From Nitrospirota bacterium (GTDB lineage: Bacteria; Nitrospirota; Thermodesulfovibrionia; Thermodesulfovibrionales; UBA9159): a DNA stretch of 64,000 nucleotides. The translations under genes were made by a program, and so were the position numbers. The notes under the pieces are model-generated. The model was not told where the DNA came from and ran no database searches. It saw nothing but the letters and a program-made list of their open reading frames with translations. The DNA lies in NCBI GenBank assembly GCA_963699545.1, contig CAVOUE010000011.1, forward strand, positions 11,494-75,493, read 5' to 3'. Of the stretch, positions 13,012 through 23,765 are shown piece after piece; the first letter of the stretch is position 1, and each line of letters opens with the position of its first letter.

Positions 13012-13933
13012 ACAGTTGATGGTATTCTTCATTCTTATCGTTCTGCTCGGTTCCTTTGCCTCGTGCACGAAGAGAGGTGAAGAACCTGTCCCGATTAAGA
13101 AACTCAAGGTCATAACAACGCTCTTTCCGCTGTATGATATGGCCAGGAGCATCGGCGCAGACAAGTCGGAGGTATCTTTGCTCTTGCCACCGGGAGTAGA
13201 AGCCCATTCTTTTGAGCCCAAACCAAGCGACGTGGTCAAAATCAACGAAGCCGATGTTTTTGTCTATACCGGAAAATTTATGGAACCCTGGGCTGAAGGC
13301 ATCATCAAGGGTGCTGTTAACAAGAACCTGATTGTTGTCGATGCAAGTCGTGGTACAAAAATGATTCCGGGGTTTTTCCATGATGCAGACGAGCCGGCAG
13401 GCTCGCTTGATCCGCACATCTGGCTGGACTTCGACAATGCCAAAATAATGGTTAGAAACGTCGTGCAAGCATTCCAATTGAAGGACGGTGCTCATAAGGA
13501 TTTTTATGAGCAGAAAGCAGAAGATTACAGCAATAGACTGACCGAGTTGGATAGCTTATATAAGACAACCCTTGCGGCCTGCAAGGACAGAGAAATCGTC
13601 TATGGCGGCCACTATGCTTTCGGTTATCTGGCCAAGCGTTACGGCTTGAAATATCTGGCAGCTCAGGGGATCTCGCCGGATGCTGAACCAACGGCGAACG
13701 ATTTGATCAGGCTGGTGGAGCAGATAAGAAAGGACAAGATCAGATATATTTTTTACGAAGAACTGACCAGTCCCAAGATCGCCGAGACTCTTGCCGGTGA
13801 AACCAAAGCTAAAATACTGCTTCTCAATGCCGCTCACAATTTGTCCAGGGACCAGTTTGAACAAGGTCTCTCTTTCTTCGACATACTCAAAAAAGATCTT
13901 GAAAACATGAGGATCGGCCTTGAATGCAAATAA
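12995..13933 (+). CDS. znuA: Zn/Mn ABC transporter substrate-binding lipoprotein
   Basis: Lipobox FASC, EAHSFEP, DPHIWL, HYAFGYLA. Confidence 0.85.
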   Translation: MKVKRKQLMVFFILIVLLGSFASCTKRGEEPVPIKKLKVITTLFPLYDMARSIGADKSEVSLLLPPGVEAHSFEPKPSDVVKINEADVFVYTGKFMEPWAEGIIKGAVNKNLIVVDASRGTKMIPGFFHDADEPAGSLDPHIWLDFDNAKIMVRNVVQAFQLKDGAHKDFYEQKAEDYSNRLTELDSLYKTTLAACKDREIVYGGHYAFGYLAKRYGLKYLAAQGISPDAEPTANDLIRLVEQIRKDKIRYIFYEELTSPKIAETLAGETKAKILLLNAAHNLSRDQFEQGLSFFDILKKDLENMRIGLECK

Positions 13934-14684
13934 TACGAGCCCAATTTCTGTGTCAAATTTATGTTTCAGCTACGGATCGGTAGAGGCGCTGTGCGAAGTG
14001 ACTTTTGCTGTAGAAAAAGGCGATTACGTTGGACTCGTTGGGCCGAACGGATCGGGCAAAACCACTATTATCAAGATCATCCTTGGTCTTATGCCGCCAG
14101 GGAATGGTACGGTAAGTCTGTTTGGCACAGATTCGTCTGCATTCGAAGACTGGCATAAGATTGGTTATCTGCCTCAGAAATTGGCAAATTTCAATCCCTA
14201 TTTCCCGGCAACCGTAAAAGAGATTGTTTCATTAGGATTATTTTCAAGGAAGAGGTTCCCAAAACGTATTCTGAAGGATGATGCGGAGCTGATAGATGAA
14301 GCCATGACTTTGACTGGTGTGATCGATATCAAGGATGCATTGATCGGTGAGCTTTCGGGCGGCCAGCAGCAAAGGGTCCTCGTTGCAAGGGCGATGGTGA
14401 ATAAGCCGGAACTGCTGATCCTTGATGAACCGACAACAGCTCTTGATCCTGAAGCGAGAGGAAGCTTCTTCCAGGTCCTTCGGGAGCTTAACCTCAGCAA
14501 AGATGTGACAATTATTTTTGTTACCCATGACGTCGCGAGCATAGGGAAATATGCGTCCAAGCTCCTTTACCTCGATAAGAAGATCATCTTTTATGGAAGC
14601 TTCGAAAATTTTTGCTTATCAGAGAATATGGCACACTATTTCGGCGAATTTGCTCAGCACCTGATATGCCACAGGCACGACTGA
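13920..14684 (+). CDS. znuC: Metal ABC transporter ATPase
   Basis: [26 protein letters not shown]-terminal CHRH. Confidence 0.88.
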   Translation: MNANNTSPISVSNLCFSYGSVEALCEVTFAVEKGDYVGLVGPNGSGKTTIIKIILGLMPPGNGTVSLFGTDSSAFEDWHKIGYLPQKLANFNPYFPATVKEIVSLGLFSRKRFPKRILKDDAELIDEAMTLTGVIDIKDALIGELSGGQQQRVLVARAMVNKPELLILDEPTTALDPEARGSFFQVLRELNLSKDVTIIFVTHDVASIGKYASKLLYLDKKIIFYGSFENFCLSENMAHYFGEFAQHLICHRHD

Positions 14685-14685
14685 T

Positions 14686-15507
14686 ATGGATATATTCGCT
14701 GCACTTCAATATTCATTCATCAGAAGGGCTTTTATCGCAGGTTCGTTAATCGCACTCGTGTGCTCAATTCTGGGTGTGCTCCTTGTCCTGCGGAGGCTTT
14801 CCTTGATCGGTGACGGTCTCGCGCACGTAACCTTCGGAAGCGTTGCGATTGCCCTGCTTCTGAGACAGCAACCTTCCTTTGTTGCTATTCCGGTCGTTAT
14901 GGCAAGTTCACTGGGTATCATGAGGCTGATGCAAAAGGCCCGGCTCTATGGAGATGCAGCAATCGGCATTGTATCTTCCTTAGGTATCGCGGGAGGGGTT
15001 ATCGTTGCCAGTCTGTCGGGCGGCTTTAACGTCGACCTCTTCAGCTTTCTGTTCGGCAATATTCTGTCGATCAGCAGTGCGGAAGTCGTTACATCAATAA
15101 TCCTTTCTGTCATTGTACTTTCCGTGGTGTTCCTTTTCTACAATGAATATTTCTCGACGACTTTTGACGAGGAATTTGCGAGGATATCCGGAATCAATGT
15201 AGGGAACATCAATTCGCTTCTTGTTGTTCTAACGGGCATAACAGTTGTGCTTACTATGAAGGTAGTCGGAATTATGCTGACCTCTGCTTTGCTGATACTG
15301 CCTGCTGTAACGGCCCTCCAGATCGCAAAGAGCTTTAGAAACACGATGATACTCTCTTCTATTGCCGGAGTATTGTCGGTAATTGCCGGAATTTACTCGT
15401 CCTTTCTGCTGAACCTTCCGACGGGTGCAACAATTGTTATGGTGAATCTCCTCTTCTTCATAACCGCGTTCTTGTCGCGACGTGCTCGATACATCAGCCG
15501 ACATTAA
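14686..15507 (+). CDS. znuB: Metal ABC transporter permease
   Basis: LRRLSLIGDGLAH..FLFGNIL..VVGIML. Confidence 0.88.
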   Translation: MDIFAALQYSFIRRAFIAGSLIALVCSILGVLLVLRRLSLIGDGLAHVTFGSVAIALLLRQQPSFVAIPVVMASSLGIMRLMQKARLYGDAAIGIVSSLGIAGGVIVASLSGGFNVDLFSFLFGNILSISSAEVVTSIILSVIVLSVVFLFYNEYFSTTFDEEFARISGINVGNINSLLVVLTGITVVLTMKVVGIMLTSALLILPAVTALQIAKSFRNTMILSSIAGVLSVIAGIYSSFLLNLPTGATIVMVNLLFFITAFLSRRARYISRH

Positions 15508-15687
15508 GACATGTTCCTCATGTGTGGCAATCTGTAACTTTTGTTATTGAGTTTAAGGATGCTGGGTCTCAACCATCTCCTCACATCAACGCACGAATAA
15601 CCAAAGATACCCTGCAATGAATGACCGATACACGCGATCGAGTTGCATTTTCTTGAATATGTGGACGGGAAAGAAATTCAACGAATC

Positions 15688-15718
15688 AAAAAAAAGGGCG
15701 GGTCATACGACCCGCCCT
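15688..15718 (-). terminator. Rho-independent terminator of the porin gene
   Basis: GGGCGGGTC-atac-GACCCGCCC stem with 8 T on the minus strand. Confidence 0.85.
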
Positions 15719-15743
15719 CAATCACACTGCGTGACTTAGATGC

Positions 15744-17123
15744 TTAGAACGTGAGCTGGATTCCGTGCCTGATCGAATAGGCGTCGTCCGGGTCCTTGCC
15801 AACTGGTGTTATAGTCCTCCAGAAGTTGCCGGCAAAGAGGTAACCACCCTCAACCCAGTAGTTGAGGTTCTTGTCGATCTTGTAGGTTATCTTGGCATCA
15901 AATTCATTACCGATACTCCTGCTTGCACCCTTGGCTTCTTCTACAGCCAGAAGCTGGTTGGCCCTGAGGTTGTAGTAATAGAGCTCGCCGCTCAGGTCCT
16001 TCATAAGGCCGCCGGATATTCCAAGCCTTACGTACTGGGTATTCGCAGCACCCTGGTCCGCGCTCGCTCCTCCAGCTGCTGTCAGGGACTTGCCTGCGCT
16101 GATCGTGAGGTAGTCATACACATACGTGTAGTGCTGCGCGTTCGAAAGGGCGGTAACGAACTGTTTGAAATCGTTGGGGTCATTACCCTTGTTACCGCTA
16201 CCATAGATATACTCAGCCAACAGGTTGATGCCGCTGATCGTGTAGCTCACTCCGGCGTCAACTGCCCAGCCCTTGAACTTCAGATCATGGTTATCGTTCA
16301 AAGGAATGAATACGGCGCCCTTCGCCTTACCGGTCTGGAGCTCTCCGTCAGCCCAGATCTTGAAACCGCTGAAACTAACATCGCCTCTCAGACCGAAGTT
16401 CCAGAGGTCGGTGCCATCGTTGCCGATAGCCTGATCATTGACATACGTCGCGTCACCGCTCAAGCCCCACTCTTTGGTCCTGTAGTTGAAAAGAGCAACG
16501 TAAGCATTCGAATCGTCGTTCTTCGTTACAGAACCTTCCTGGAACTTAACCGTAAGCAAACCGACATGGAGCTCTTTTGTCGGGTCTGCAAAAAAGACGA
16601 GCGCATCATCGCCGAACTGGGTGTGATCAAAGAAGATCTTATTGCCCAGGGCAAGCGGCATATGACCGACCTTAACGCCGGCAGGCATTCCCAGAAGTCC
16701 GGAACCAGTGTGCAGGATCCATGCCTCTAGGAGATTCACGGTGCCTCTCACGGTATCACCCTTTCCATAGGTACCCTTTGCGCCTGCGCTGCTGTCACCC
16801 CAGGTCCACGCCGTGGCTGCATCCTGTCCGTTCGCTCCCTGGATCATGATCATGGCCTTCGTATTAGGGGTTACCTGTGCCTCAACGGACAGCCTGACCC
16901 TCTCATCATAATTGGCCCGATGGTCGCCGATATCATCATTAAAATCAGAGGTGTTCTGGCGGAACTCACCTCTTATCCTGATGTCGCCGCCGACATAGAC
17001 CTGAACGCCCTTTGTCACCACCGCCTGAGACTCCGCAGGGATCTCAGCGTGGATAGCAAAGGCGCTGGCCGCAAAACAGAGAACGAAAACTGCGCCTAAA
17101 AGTATAGCTAAGTATTTTTTCAC
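15744..17123 (-). CDS. Outer-membrane beta-barrel porin (alginate-export/homotrimeric porin-like)
   Basis: Signal peptide, alternating beta strands, C-terminal HGIQLTF. Confidence 0.8.
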   Translation of the reverse strand: MKKYLAILLGAVFVLCFAASAFAIHAEIPAESQAVVTKGVQVYVGGDIRIRGEFRQNTSDFNDDIGDHRANYDERVRLSVEAQVTPNTKAMIMIQGANGQDAATAWTWGDSSAGAKGTYGKGDTVRGTVNLLEAWILHTGSGLLGMPAGVKVGHMPLALGNKIFFDHTQFGDDALVFFADPTKELHVGLLTVKFQEGSVTKNDDSNAYVALFNYRTKEWGLSGDATYVNDQAIGNDGTDLWNFGLRGDVSFSGFKIWADGELQTGKAKGAVFIPLNDNHDLKFKGWAVDAGVSYTISGINLLAEYIYGSGNKGNDPNDFKQFVTALSNAQHYTYVYDYLTISAGKSLTAAGGASADQGAANTQYVRLGISGGLMKDLSGELYYYNLRANQLLAVEEAKGASRSIGNEFDAKITYKIDKNLNYWVEGGYLFAGNFWRTITPVGKDPDDAYSIRHGIQLTF

Positions 17124-17309
17124 TTCCTAACCCTCCTTGGTTAGTTCAGTATTTTTCCGTCGAAGACGGACTGTGACATTCAAACTCACCGCGTCTCGTG
17201 TTCCTTATCCTTCTTGTCTCCTATCACCTCCCATTCTGTAACAGTCTCAGCTGTTTTTGATCACGTGCGGCTCTCCACATGAGAAAGCCGCGCCAATTGA
17301 GCTTATAAA

Positions 17310-17338
17310 TATATAGCATCTCATATGCCCTTTGTCAA
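17310..17338 (-). promoter_or_regulatory. sigma70 promoter of porin
   Basis: Minus strand TTGACA-17 nt-TATATA. Confidence 0.65.
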
Positions 17339-17384
17339 GGAAAAAGCACTTCACACATTACATTTCTTGCCCCGCTTTTGATCG

Positions 17385-17400
17385 AGCAATAAATGTGCCA
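17385..17400 (-). promoter_or_regulatory. sigma54 (-24/-12) promoter of porin
   Basis: Minus strand TGGCAC-ATTTA-TTGCT, exact consensus spacing. Confidence 0.65.
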
Positions 17401-17563
17401 TTCCTGGCACAATGAAAGAACAAAGAATTTTGAAGATAAGGATGTCCGTGACCTGTGTTCATTTTACAACAAGGTGTGGAATTGGAGGACAGTACACAGG
17501 GCTTCAGTGTCCTGCAATGTTGTAATATAAGACGGTAACAAGGTAAAATGGGCTCATTACCTT

Positions 17564-18124
17564 ATGGAAAAGACATGGAAATATGATTTTGACATTGCCA
17601 AGTACAGCAGGGCCATAGAAGAGCACCCTGATAATTACCGCGCTTATAACAACAGAGGCATCGCCTATCAAAAAAAAGGTCTCTATCTTCTCTCCGTTGA
17701 GGACTTCAGCAGGGCGATCGAGTTAAACCCCTCCTTTGTTCAGGCTTGCATTAACAGGGGAAACGCTTATCAGGAAATGGGCCAGTATGAACACTCCATC
17801 TCCGATCTTAACAAAGCGATAGAGCTGGACCAGGGGAACAGCATGGCACATAACAACCGCGGGTTCACCTTTATCCTCATGGGGAAGTACGAAGAGGCGG
17901 AAAGGGATATCCTCAAATCCCTCGAGCTCAGTCCGAACAATATTTACGCTTTGAACAGCATGGCCGAACTCCATGCAGCCAGGAACGACGCTCTTGAGGC
18001 GTGCAAGTGGCTCCATTTAGCCATGGAAAGAGGATACAATAACTGGTCGTATATTAAGACATCCAGGACCTATGACAATATCCGTCATTATCCGTGTTTC
18101 AAGAACCTGATGTTCAGAAAATGA
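17564..18124 (+). CDS. Tetratricopeptide repeat protein
   Basis: Repeated AYNNRG..AIELNP units. Confidence 0.88.
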   Translation: MEKTWKYDFDIAKYSRAIEEHPDNYRAYNNRGIAYQKKGLYLLSVEDFSRAIELNPSFVQACINRGNAYQEMGQYEHSISDLNKAIELDQGNSMAHNNRGFTFILMGKYEEAERDILKSLELSPNNIYALNSMAELHAARNDALEACKWLHLAMERGYNNWSYIKTSRTYDNIRHYPCFKNLMFRK

Positions 18125-18206
18125 TGTCTTCTCTAGGCAGGACCGGCCTTGAGAAAATCACCTTTGTTGAACAACCGGAGAGTCAGGGGGTAATACCAGT
18201 GCTTCG

Positions 18207-19334
18207 TTGGACGGAAGAGAGGACTCTGCTCGTATGAGGATGCCCCACGGCATGCGCCCCTTTCTTCCGAAAATCGTCCACAGGGCCATTCTGAAAGAGC
18301 TGGCCCTCACGTTCTTCTTGAGCCTCATATTCCTCAACTTCATCCTGATGATGGAAAAGGTATTGAGGCTGAGCCGGATACTCTCAGGGGTCGGTGCATC
18401 CGTGTCCGACATGGCAAGGATCATTTATTATCTGCAGCCGCAGATCATGATACTCACCATACCCATGTCACTCCTCCTGGCAACGCTGCTGACGTACGGC
18501 AGGTTGAACGCCGACAATGAACTGACCATCCTTAAGACTGCAGGGATGTCCTTCGGAAGAATTTCTCTGCCTGTGTTTGTGTTCGGGTCGCTCTGTTTTG
18601 TCATGGGACTCCTTGTGAGCTTCTCTCTCGGACCGTTCGGCGCGGGCAAGGTGAGGGATACGATAGCTCGTATCGTTACGCAGAAGGCGCCCATGGCTAT
18701 TGAGGCCGGCATGTTCAATACTGCATTCCGGGACGTCGTTATCCTCGTTCGCGATAAGCCGGCGCCCGCTGAGATGCGGGGAATCTTCATCTATGACAGC
18801 AGGAACCGGAAAGAGCCGAAGGTTCTTTCGGCAAAAGAGGGCAGGGTATACGCTGACAGGGAATACAATCTTTCCCTGTACATGAAGGACGGTTTTATCC
18901 ATATCGTCAGGCCCGGGGGCTCAACCGAGATATTCTTCAGCGGCTACAACCTTTCACTGAGTCTCTCCATGGAAGGACCCGCAAGGAAGAACAGCGAAAT
19001 GACGCCCCGGGAGCTCCTCAGGGAGGCTGCAGGGAGAGAGCCGAAGGAGAAGATGCCCTTGGTTCTGGAACTGCACAGGAGATTGTCGTTGCCGTCACTC
19101 TGTCTGCTCCTCATGTTCCTCGGGCCGCCCCTCTCACTGGTCTCCGGGAAGTCGGGAAGGCTCGGGGGGCTCACTATCGGCATCGGGGTTTTTACTGTTT
19201 TTTATATCTTGCTGGTGTACGGTGAGAATATGGCCAGAACCGGAAAGATCCCCCATTACGTAGGTGCATGGCTCCCCACGCTCATCATCGGCATCTCTTC
19301 CCTCCTGGCATTCAGGAAGGCAGGAGCGCGGTAG
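18207..19334 (+). CDS. lptF: LPS export permease LptF (true start probably slightly downstream)
   Basis: YGRLNADNELTILKTAG, ELHRRLSLP; paired with lptG. Confidence 0.82.
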   Translation: MDGREDSARMRMPHGMRPFLPKIVHRAILKELALTFFLSLIFLNFILMMEKVLRLSRILSGVGASVSDMARIIYYLQPQIMILTIPMSLLLATLLTYGRLNADNELTILKTAGMSFGRISLPVFVFGSLCFVMGLLVSFSLGPFGAGKVRDTIARIVTQKAPMAIEAGMFNTAFRDVVILVRDKPAPAEMRGIFIYDSRNRKEPKVLSAKEGRVYADREYNLSLYMKDGFIHIVRPGGSTEIFFSGYNLSLSLSMEGPARKNSEMTPRELLREAAGREPKEKMPLVLELHRRLSLPSLCLLLMFLGPPLSLVSGKSGRLGGLTIGIGVFTVFYILLVYGENMARTGKIPHYVGAWLPTLIIGISSLLAFRKAGAR

Positions 19335-20425
19335 TGAAGATAATCCAGCGGTACTATCTCAAGGAATTTACGAAACTGTTCGCCATTGTCGCATGCGGTC
19401 TCAGCCTTACCTTCAGTCTGATGGAGCTTATCAACAAGATCAATGACTTCATACCCAACAGGCCGTCCATGGGCGATCTCCTCCAGTATTCCGGTCTGAA
19501 TATACCGCAATACCTGCTTTACCTTATGCCCATGGCAGCGCTCATAAGCGGCCTGTTCGTCTTTGGCCAGGCGGCGAGGAGAAAGGAAACGACCGCGGTT
19601 AAGTCATCCGGCGGCAGCATCAAGGCCCTCCTCATGCCGTTTGTGTATTCGGGGGTATTACTGAGCATGGCCGGTTTTCTGATAAGTGAGTATGTTGTCC
19701 CTGATTGTTCAAGAAGGGTTCACCTGCTCAGGGATACCCTCTCCAACAGGGAGAATGTCCTTACCTTTAAGGAGGGAACCGTCTGGCTGAGGGCCAGAGG
19801 CGCCATTGTCAAGATCGATCTGTTCCTCCCGGACAAGGGTGTCGTCCAGGGAGTGAGCATCATGAAAATGGATGATTACATGCTTACTGAACGGATCGAG
19901 GCGGATTCCGCCCAGTGGAAGCCTGCGTGGGACGCAGCGGAAAATCCGAAAAGAGGAATCTGGTACCTCAGAGGGGTGACTGAATATAAGATCAAGGATG
20001 GTACTGTGGCAACATATAAAGAGCTTCAATCCGACATAATCGATTCCCCCGACATCTTCAAGGAAGATATGCAGAAACCTGAAGAGATGAATGTCAGAGA
20101 ACTCGCGGCATATACAGCTCGATTAAAGAAGGCGGGCTTCAGAAACACCAAGCTTGCGGTGGACATTCATTCGAGAATCTCGTATCCCCTTATTAACCTC
20201 ATTATGCTTGTCCTCGGCATTGCATTGGCGTCGAAAGGACACATGGGGGGCGGCCTCATCACTGCAGCCATGGGGATATTTATCAGTCTTCTCTATTGGG
20301 TGGGGTATACAGGAACCCTGTCCATGGGATATGCTGGCATCCTGCCGCCTTTCGTCGCAGCCTGGCTCATGCCGGTCCTGTTCGGAGGGGTAACGGTCTA
20401 TCTCTTCAGAACAATACCTGAATAG
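19334..20425 (+). CDS. lptG: LPS export permease LptG
   Basis: KIIQRYYLKEF..PEEMNVREL..GILPPFVAAW; GTG start at 19334. Confidence 0.82.
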   Translation: MKIIQRYYLKEFTKLFAIVACGLSLTFSLMELINKINDFIPNRPSMGDLLQYSGLNIPQYLLYLMPMAALISGLFVFGQAARRKETTAVKSSGGSIKALLMPFVYSGVLLSMAGFLISEYVVPDCSRRVHLLRDTLSNRENVLTFKEGTVWLRARGAIVKIDLFLPDKGVVQGVSIMKMDDYMLTERIEADSAQWKPAWDAAENPKRGIWYLRGVTEYKIKDGTVATYKELQSDIIDSPDIFKEDMQKPEEMNVRELAAYTARLKKAGFRNTKLAVDIHSRISYPLINLIMLVLGIALASKGHMGGGLITAAMGIFISLLYWVGYTGTLSMGYAGILPPFVAAWLMPVLFGGVTVYLFRTIPE

Positions 20426-20478
20426 GAATAGAGGTCCCGGGGAAATGCCCTCGCCATCAGTTTTTTGGGTTTCAGGCT

Positions 20479-21168
20479 TCAAGTGCTGATGCTCACCCCT
20501 TCGCTTGATCCTCGCGTAAACTCTTCCATAATCGCAACCCCTGATGATGTCCCTATCCTGGTTGCGCCGGCGGCCAGGAGTTCCCTGATCTGAGAGAGGG
20601 TCTTTATCCCGCCTGATGCCTTGACGCCGCAATCATCTCCCACCACAGACTTGATGAGCCGAATATCCTCCACTGTCGCCCCGCCGGGTCCGAACCCTGT
20701 CGATGTCTTTATGAATTCCGCCCCGGCATCGCGAGCAACCTCTGATGCCTTCACCTTTTCATCCCTGTCCAAATAACCTGTCTCGATGATTATCTTACGG
20801 ACGGATCCTCTGGTCGCAATGATAACATCAGAAATATCTTTTGCAACGGCATCCCATTGACCCGATTTTGCCAGCCCGACATTCATCGCGATGTCCAGTT
20901 CATCACACCCTTGCAAGACCGCCTCCATCGCCTCAAAGACCTTGACCTTCGTGAACGTCGAACCGAGCGGAAACCCTATCACGGTGACCATTTTCACATC
21001 ATCCCCGGAAAGAATATCTCTCGCCATGGGGATCCGGGAAGGATGTATGCAGACAGCATGGAATCCGAATCGCAGCGCCTCTTTGCACAGTCTCTCTATG
21101 TCGCCAGATGTTGCGTCGGGCCGCAAAAGCGTGTGATCGATGAACGGTGCGATGTCAGACCTGTTCAC
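20479..21168 (-). CDS. deoC: Deoxyribose-phosphate aldolase
   Basis: IDHTLL, VIGFPLG, FIKTSTGF, VKASGGI, RIGTSSG. Confidence 0.95.
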   Translation of the reverse strand: MNRSDIAPFIDHTLLRPDATSGDIERLCKEALRFGFHAVCIHPSRIPMARDILSGDDVKMVTVIGFPLGSTFTKVKVFEAMEAVLQGCDELDIAMNVGLAKSGQWDAVAKDISDVIIATRGSVRKIIIETGYLDRDEKVKASEVARDAGAEFIKTSTGFGPGGATVEDIRLIKSVVGDDCGVKASGGIKTLSQIRELLAAGATRIGTSSGVAIMEEFTRGSSEGVSIST

Positions 21169-22055
21169 TCGTATCCCCAGAGAGAAGGGCCGCTGCCTTT
21201 CACATTCGTTACATACGCCCTTACCTCCGCCCGGTACGCCTTATGCAGGAGTTTCGCCGTCTCTCCCGCGCTGTACCGGACCGCGTCGAGCTGACCCACC
21301 GGCATCACTTCCATGGTGGTATTGGTAATAAATATTTCCTTTGCCGCAGAGAGGTCTTCCCCGGTGAACTTACCTTCCCTCACCATGAGATCCTCTCTCA
21401 CTGCAAGGTCCAGAACAATATTCCTCGTGATACCGTCGAGGATCCCGCACTCGACAGATGGCGTGCAGAGAACGTCGTCCTTGCGGAAGAACACGTTGCT
21501 GATGGTACCTTCAGTGACATGACCGGTGACATTCATCATGATCGCCTCATAGGCGCCCGCCTTTTTTGCTTCGATCTTGGCCAGGATATTGTTCAGAAAG
21601 TTCAGCGATTTGATCTGCGGGTTTATGGCGTCTCTCAGGTTCCGCTTCGTCCGGGATATGATCGCTGATATCCCCTCTTCATAATACGCTCTTGGATAGT
21701 CCCTCATCTCCTCAACGATAATAACAAAGGTCGGAGCCTCGCAGAGATCGGGGTCGAGCCCGATCGGCCCGTAACCCCGGGAAACGGTGAGTCTCACATA
21801 GGCGTTTTTCAGTGAGTTTGCGCTCACGGTGTCATACACCGCGTTCTTGATCCTGTCCACGTCCAGCGGAACCGTCAGCCCGATCATGGATGCCGAGCGA
21901 TGGAGCCTCATCAGATGATCGTCCAGCATGAAGATCACGCCGTCGTATGCCCTCATGGTTTCATAAACGCCATCGCCGTACAAAAAACCGTGGTCGAAAA
22001 CGGAGACCAGCGCCTCAGCCTGGGGGACGAGTTTATTGTTCAGATATACATACAT
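21165..22055 (-). CDS. ilvE: Class IV aminotransferase (branched-chain amino acid aminotransferase-like)
   Basis: DHGFLYGDGVYET, IKSLNFLNNILAK, EGTISNVF, ILDGITR. Confidence 0.75.
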   Translation of the reverse strand: MYVYLNNKLVPQAEALVSVFDHGFLYGDGVYETMRAYDGVIFMLDDHLMRLHRSASMIGLTVPLDVDRIKNAVYDTVSANSLKNAYVRLTVSRGYGPIGLDPDLCEAPTFVIIVEEMRDYPRAYYEEGISAIISRTKRNLRDAINPQIKSLNFLNNILAKIEAKKAGAYEAIMMNVTGHVTEGTISNVFFRKDDVLCTPSVECGILDGITRNIVLDLAVREDLMVREGKFTGEDLSAAKEIFITNTTMEVMPVGQLDAVRYSAGETAKLLHKAYRAEVRAYVTNVKGSGPSLWGYE

Positions 22056-22125
22056 GGGAGAAATTATACCATGAAAAGAGTTCGATTGACTTTATCCCGA
22101 GTTTCGTATATCGTAGACATTCGGA

Positions 22126-22743
22126 ATGAGAATCTTTCCCAAAGAAATCGATTTTTTTGAAATATTCGACAAGGCGGCTTCAAACCTTACAAAGGCCACC
22201 TCCCTCCTCGTTTCCCTCATGGAGAACTTCGACAACCTTGAAGCGCGGGCAAAGGAGATCTACGAGGTTGAACAGGACGGCGACATGCTCACCCACGACA
22301 TCATGAAAAAGCTGAACAGGACCTTTATCACGCCCATTGACAGGGAAGATATCCACGCCCTTGCATCGCGGATGGACGATATCCTTGACCTTGTCTGGGG
22401 CGGAGTCGACCGCATGATCGTTTTCAAGATAACCGAGCCTACGCCGGAGGCAGTGGAACTGGCAAAGGACCTTAACCAAACAACGGAGGTTCTGCAGAAA
22501 ACCATTAAGGAACTGCGCGCAAAAAATTATTCCCATGTCCAGGAACACTGCATCGAGATAAACCGCCTCGAAAACAGGATTGACAGGACCTTCAGGGATG
22601 CCCTTGGAAAGCTCTTCGACGATATGAAAGACCCCCTGTTGATCATCAAATGGAAAGAAATCTACGAGCACCTTGAAGATGCTTCGGACAGATGCGAGGA
22701 TGTCGCAAATGTTCTGGAAGGCATTGTCCTCAAAAATGCATGA
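22126..22743 (+). CDS. DUF47 / Pit accessory phosphate transport regulator
   Basis: TFITPIDREDI..LE.ASDRCEDVANVLEGIVLKNA. Confidence 0.9.
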   Translation: MRIFPKEIDFFEIFDKAASNLTKATSLLVSLMENFDNLEARAKEIYEVEQDGDMLTHDIMKKLNRTFITPIDREDIHALASRMDDILDLVWGGVDRMIVFKITEPTPEAVELAKDLNQTTEVLQKTIKELRAKNYSHVQEHCIEINRLENRIDRTFRDALGKLFDDMKDPLLIIKWKEIYEHLEDASDRCEDVANVLEGIVLKNA

Positions 22744-23765
22744 TACCTTCTTCTTGCTCGTCTGTGTAATACATTCTTGCAACAATCTTTGATTTCATAA
22801 ACGGCTTCCACGATACCGCCAATGCTATTGCCACGTCCGTATCCACCGGGTACTGACTCCAAAGATGGCTGTGCTCTATGGCGAGCAATACTGAACATGG
22901 TGGGAGCCCTTTCTGGTACTGCGGTGGCCACGACGGTAGGGAAGGGCATTGTGGAAGCCTCATCGGTTACACAGATCACCGTTGTTTCAGCCCTTGCTTC
23001 CGCCATTGTCTGGGATATCATTACGTGGTATTTCGGGCTTCCCACCTCTTCAAGCCACGCAATCCTCTCGAGCATCGTTGGCGCTGCGATCGCCACTGCC
23101 GGGACAGGCGTCATTATTCAAAAAGGGGTCTACAAGGTGCTCATCGCTTTGATCGTTTCGCCTATTCTCGGGGTAATCCTGGGATTTCTCCTCATGCTTT
23201 TTCTCCTCTGGCTGTTCAGAAGGGCTGCGCCTTCCCTGGTGAGTAATTTATTTGGTCAGACTCCAGATCGTCTCTGCAGCCTACATGGCCTTCAGCCACG
23301 GCAACAACGACGCCCAGAAAACCATGGGTATCATCACCATGGCCCTGGTGAGTTACTACAAACTTCCCGACTTCCATGTTCCGATGTGGGACAATCGTCC
23401 TCTGCGCCACAGCCATGGCCTTCGGCACAGCAGCAGGAGGATGGAGGATCATAAAGACCCTTGGGATGCGTCTCGTCGCCCTCAGGCCTATTAACGGATT
23501 CGCCGCCGAGACCTCCGCAGCCACCATCATAGAGATTGCGTCGAGGATTGGCCTTCCCCTTTCTACCACCCATATAATTTCCTCCACCATCATGGGAGTG
23601 GGCGCATCAAAGAGGCTGTCTGCCGTACGGTGGGGGATAGGCGGAAATATTATCATGGCATGGATTCTCACCCTGCCTGCGTGCGCTGTCCTCGCATGGG
23701 TGATCTGTAAAGTGCTTATCCTGGTTATCCGGTCAAAGTCCGGGACCCTACCGTTACTGAGATGA
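22736..23765 (+). CDS. pit: PiT-family inorganic phosphate transporter (several apparent indels)
   Basis: FDFINGFHDTANAIAT, GLPTSSSHA, SHGNNDAQKTMG, GLPLSTTH across frames. Confidence 0.88.
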
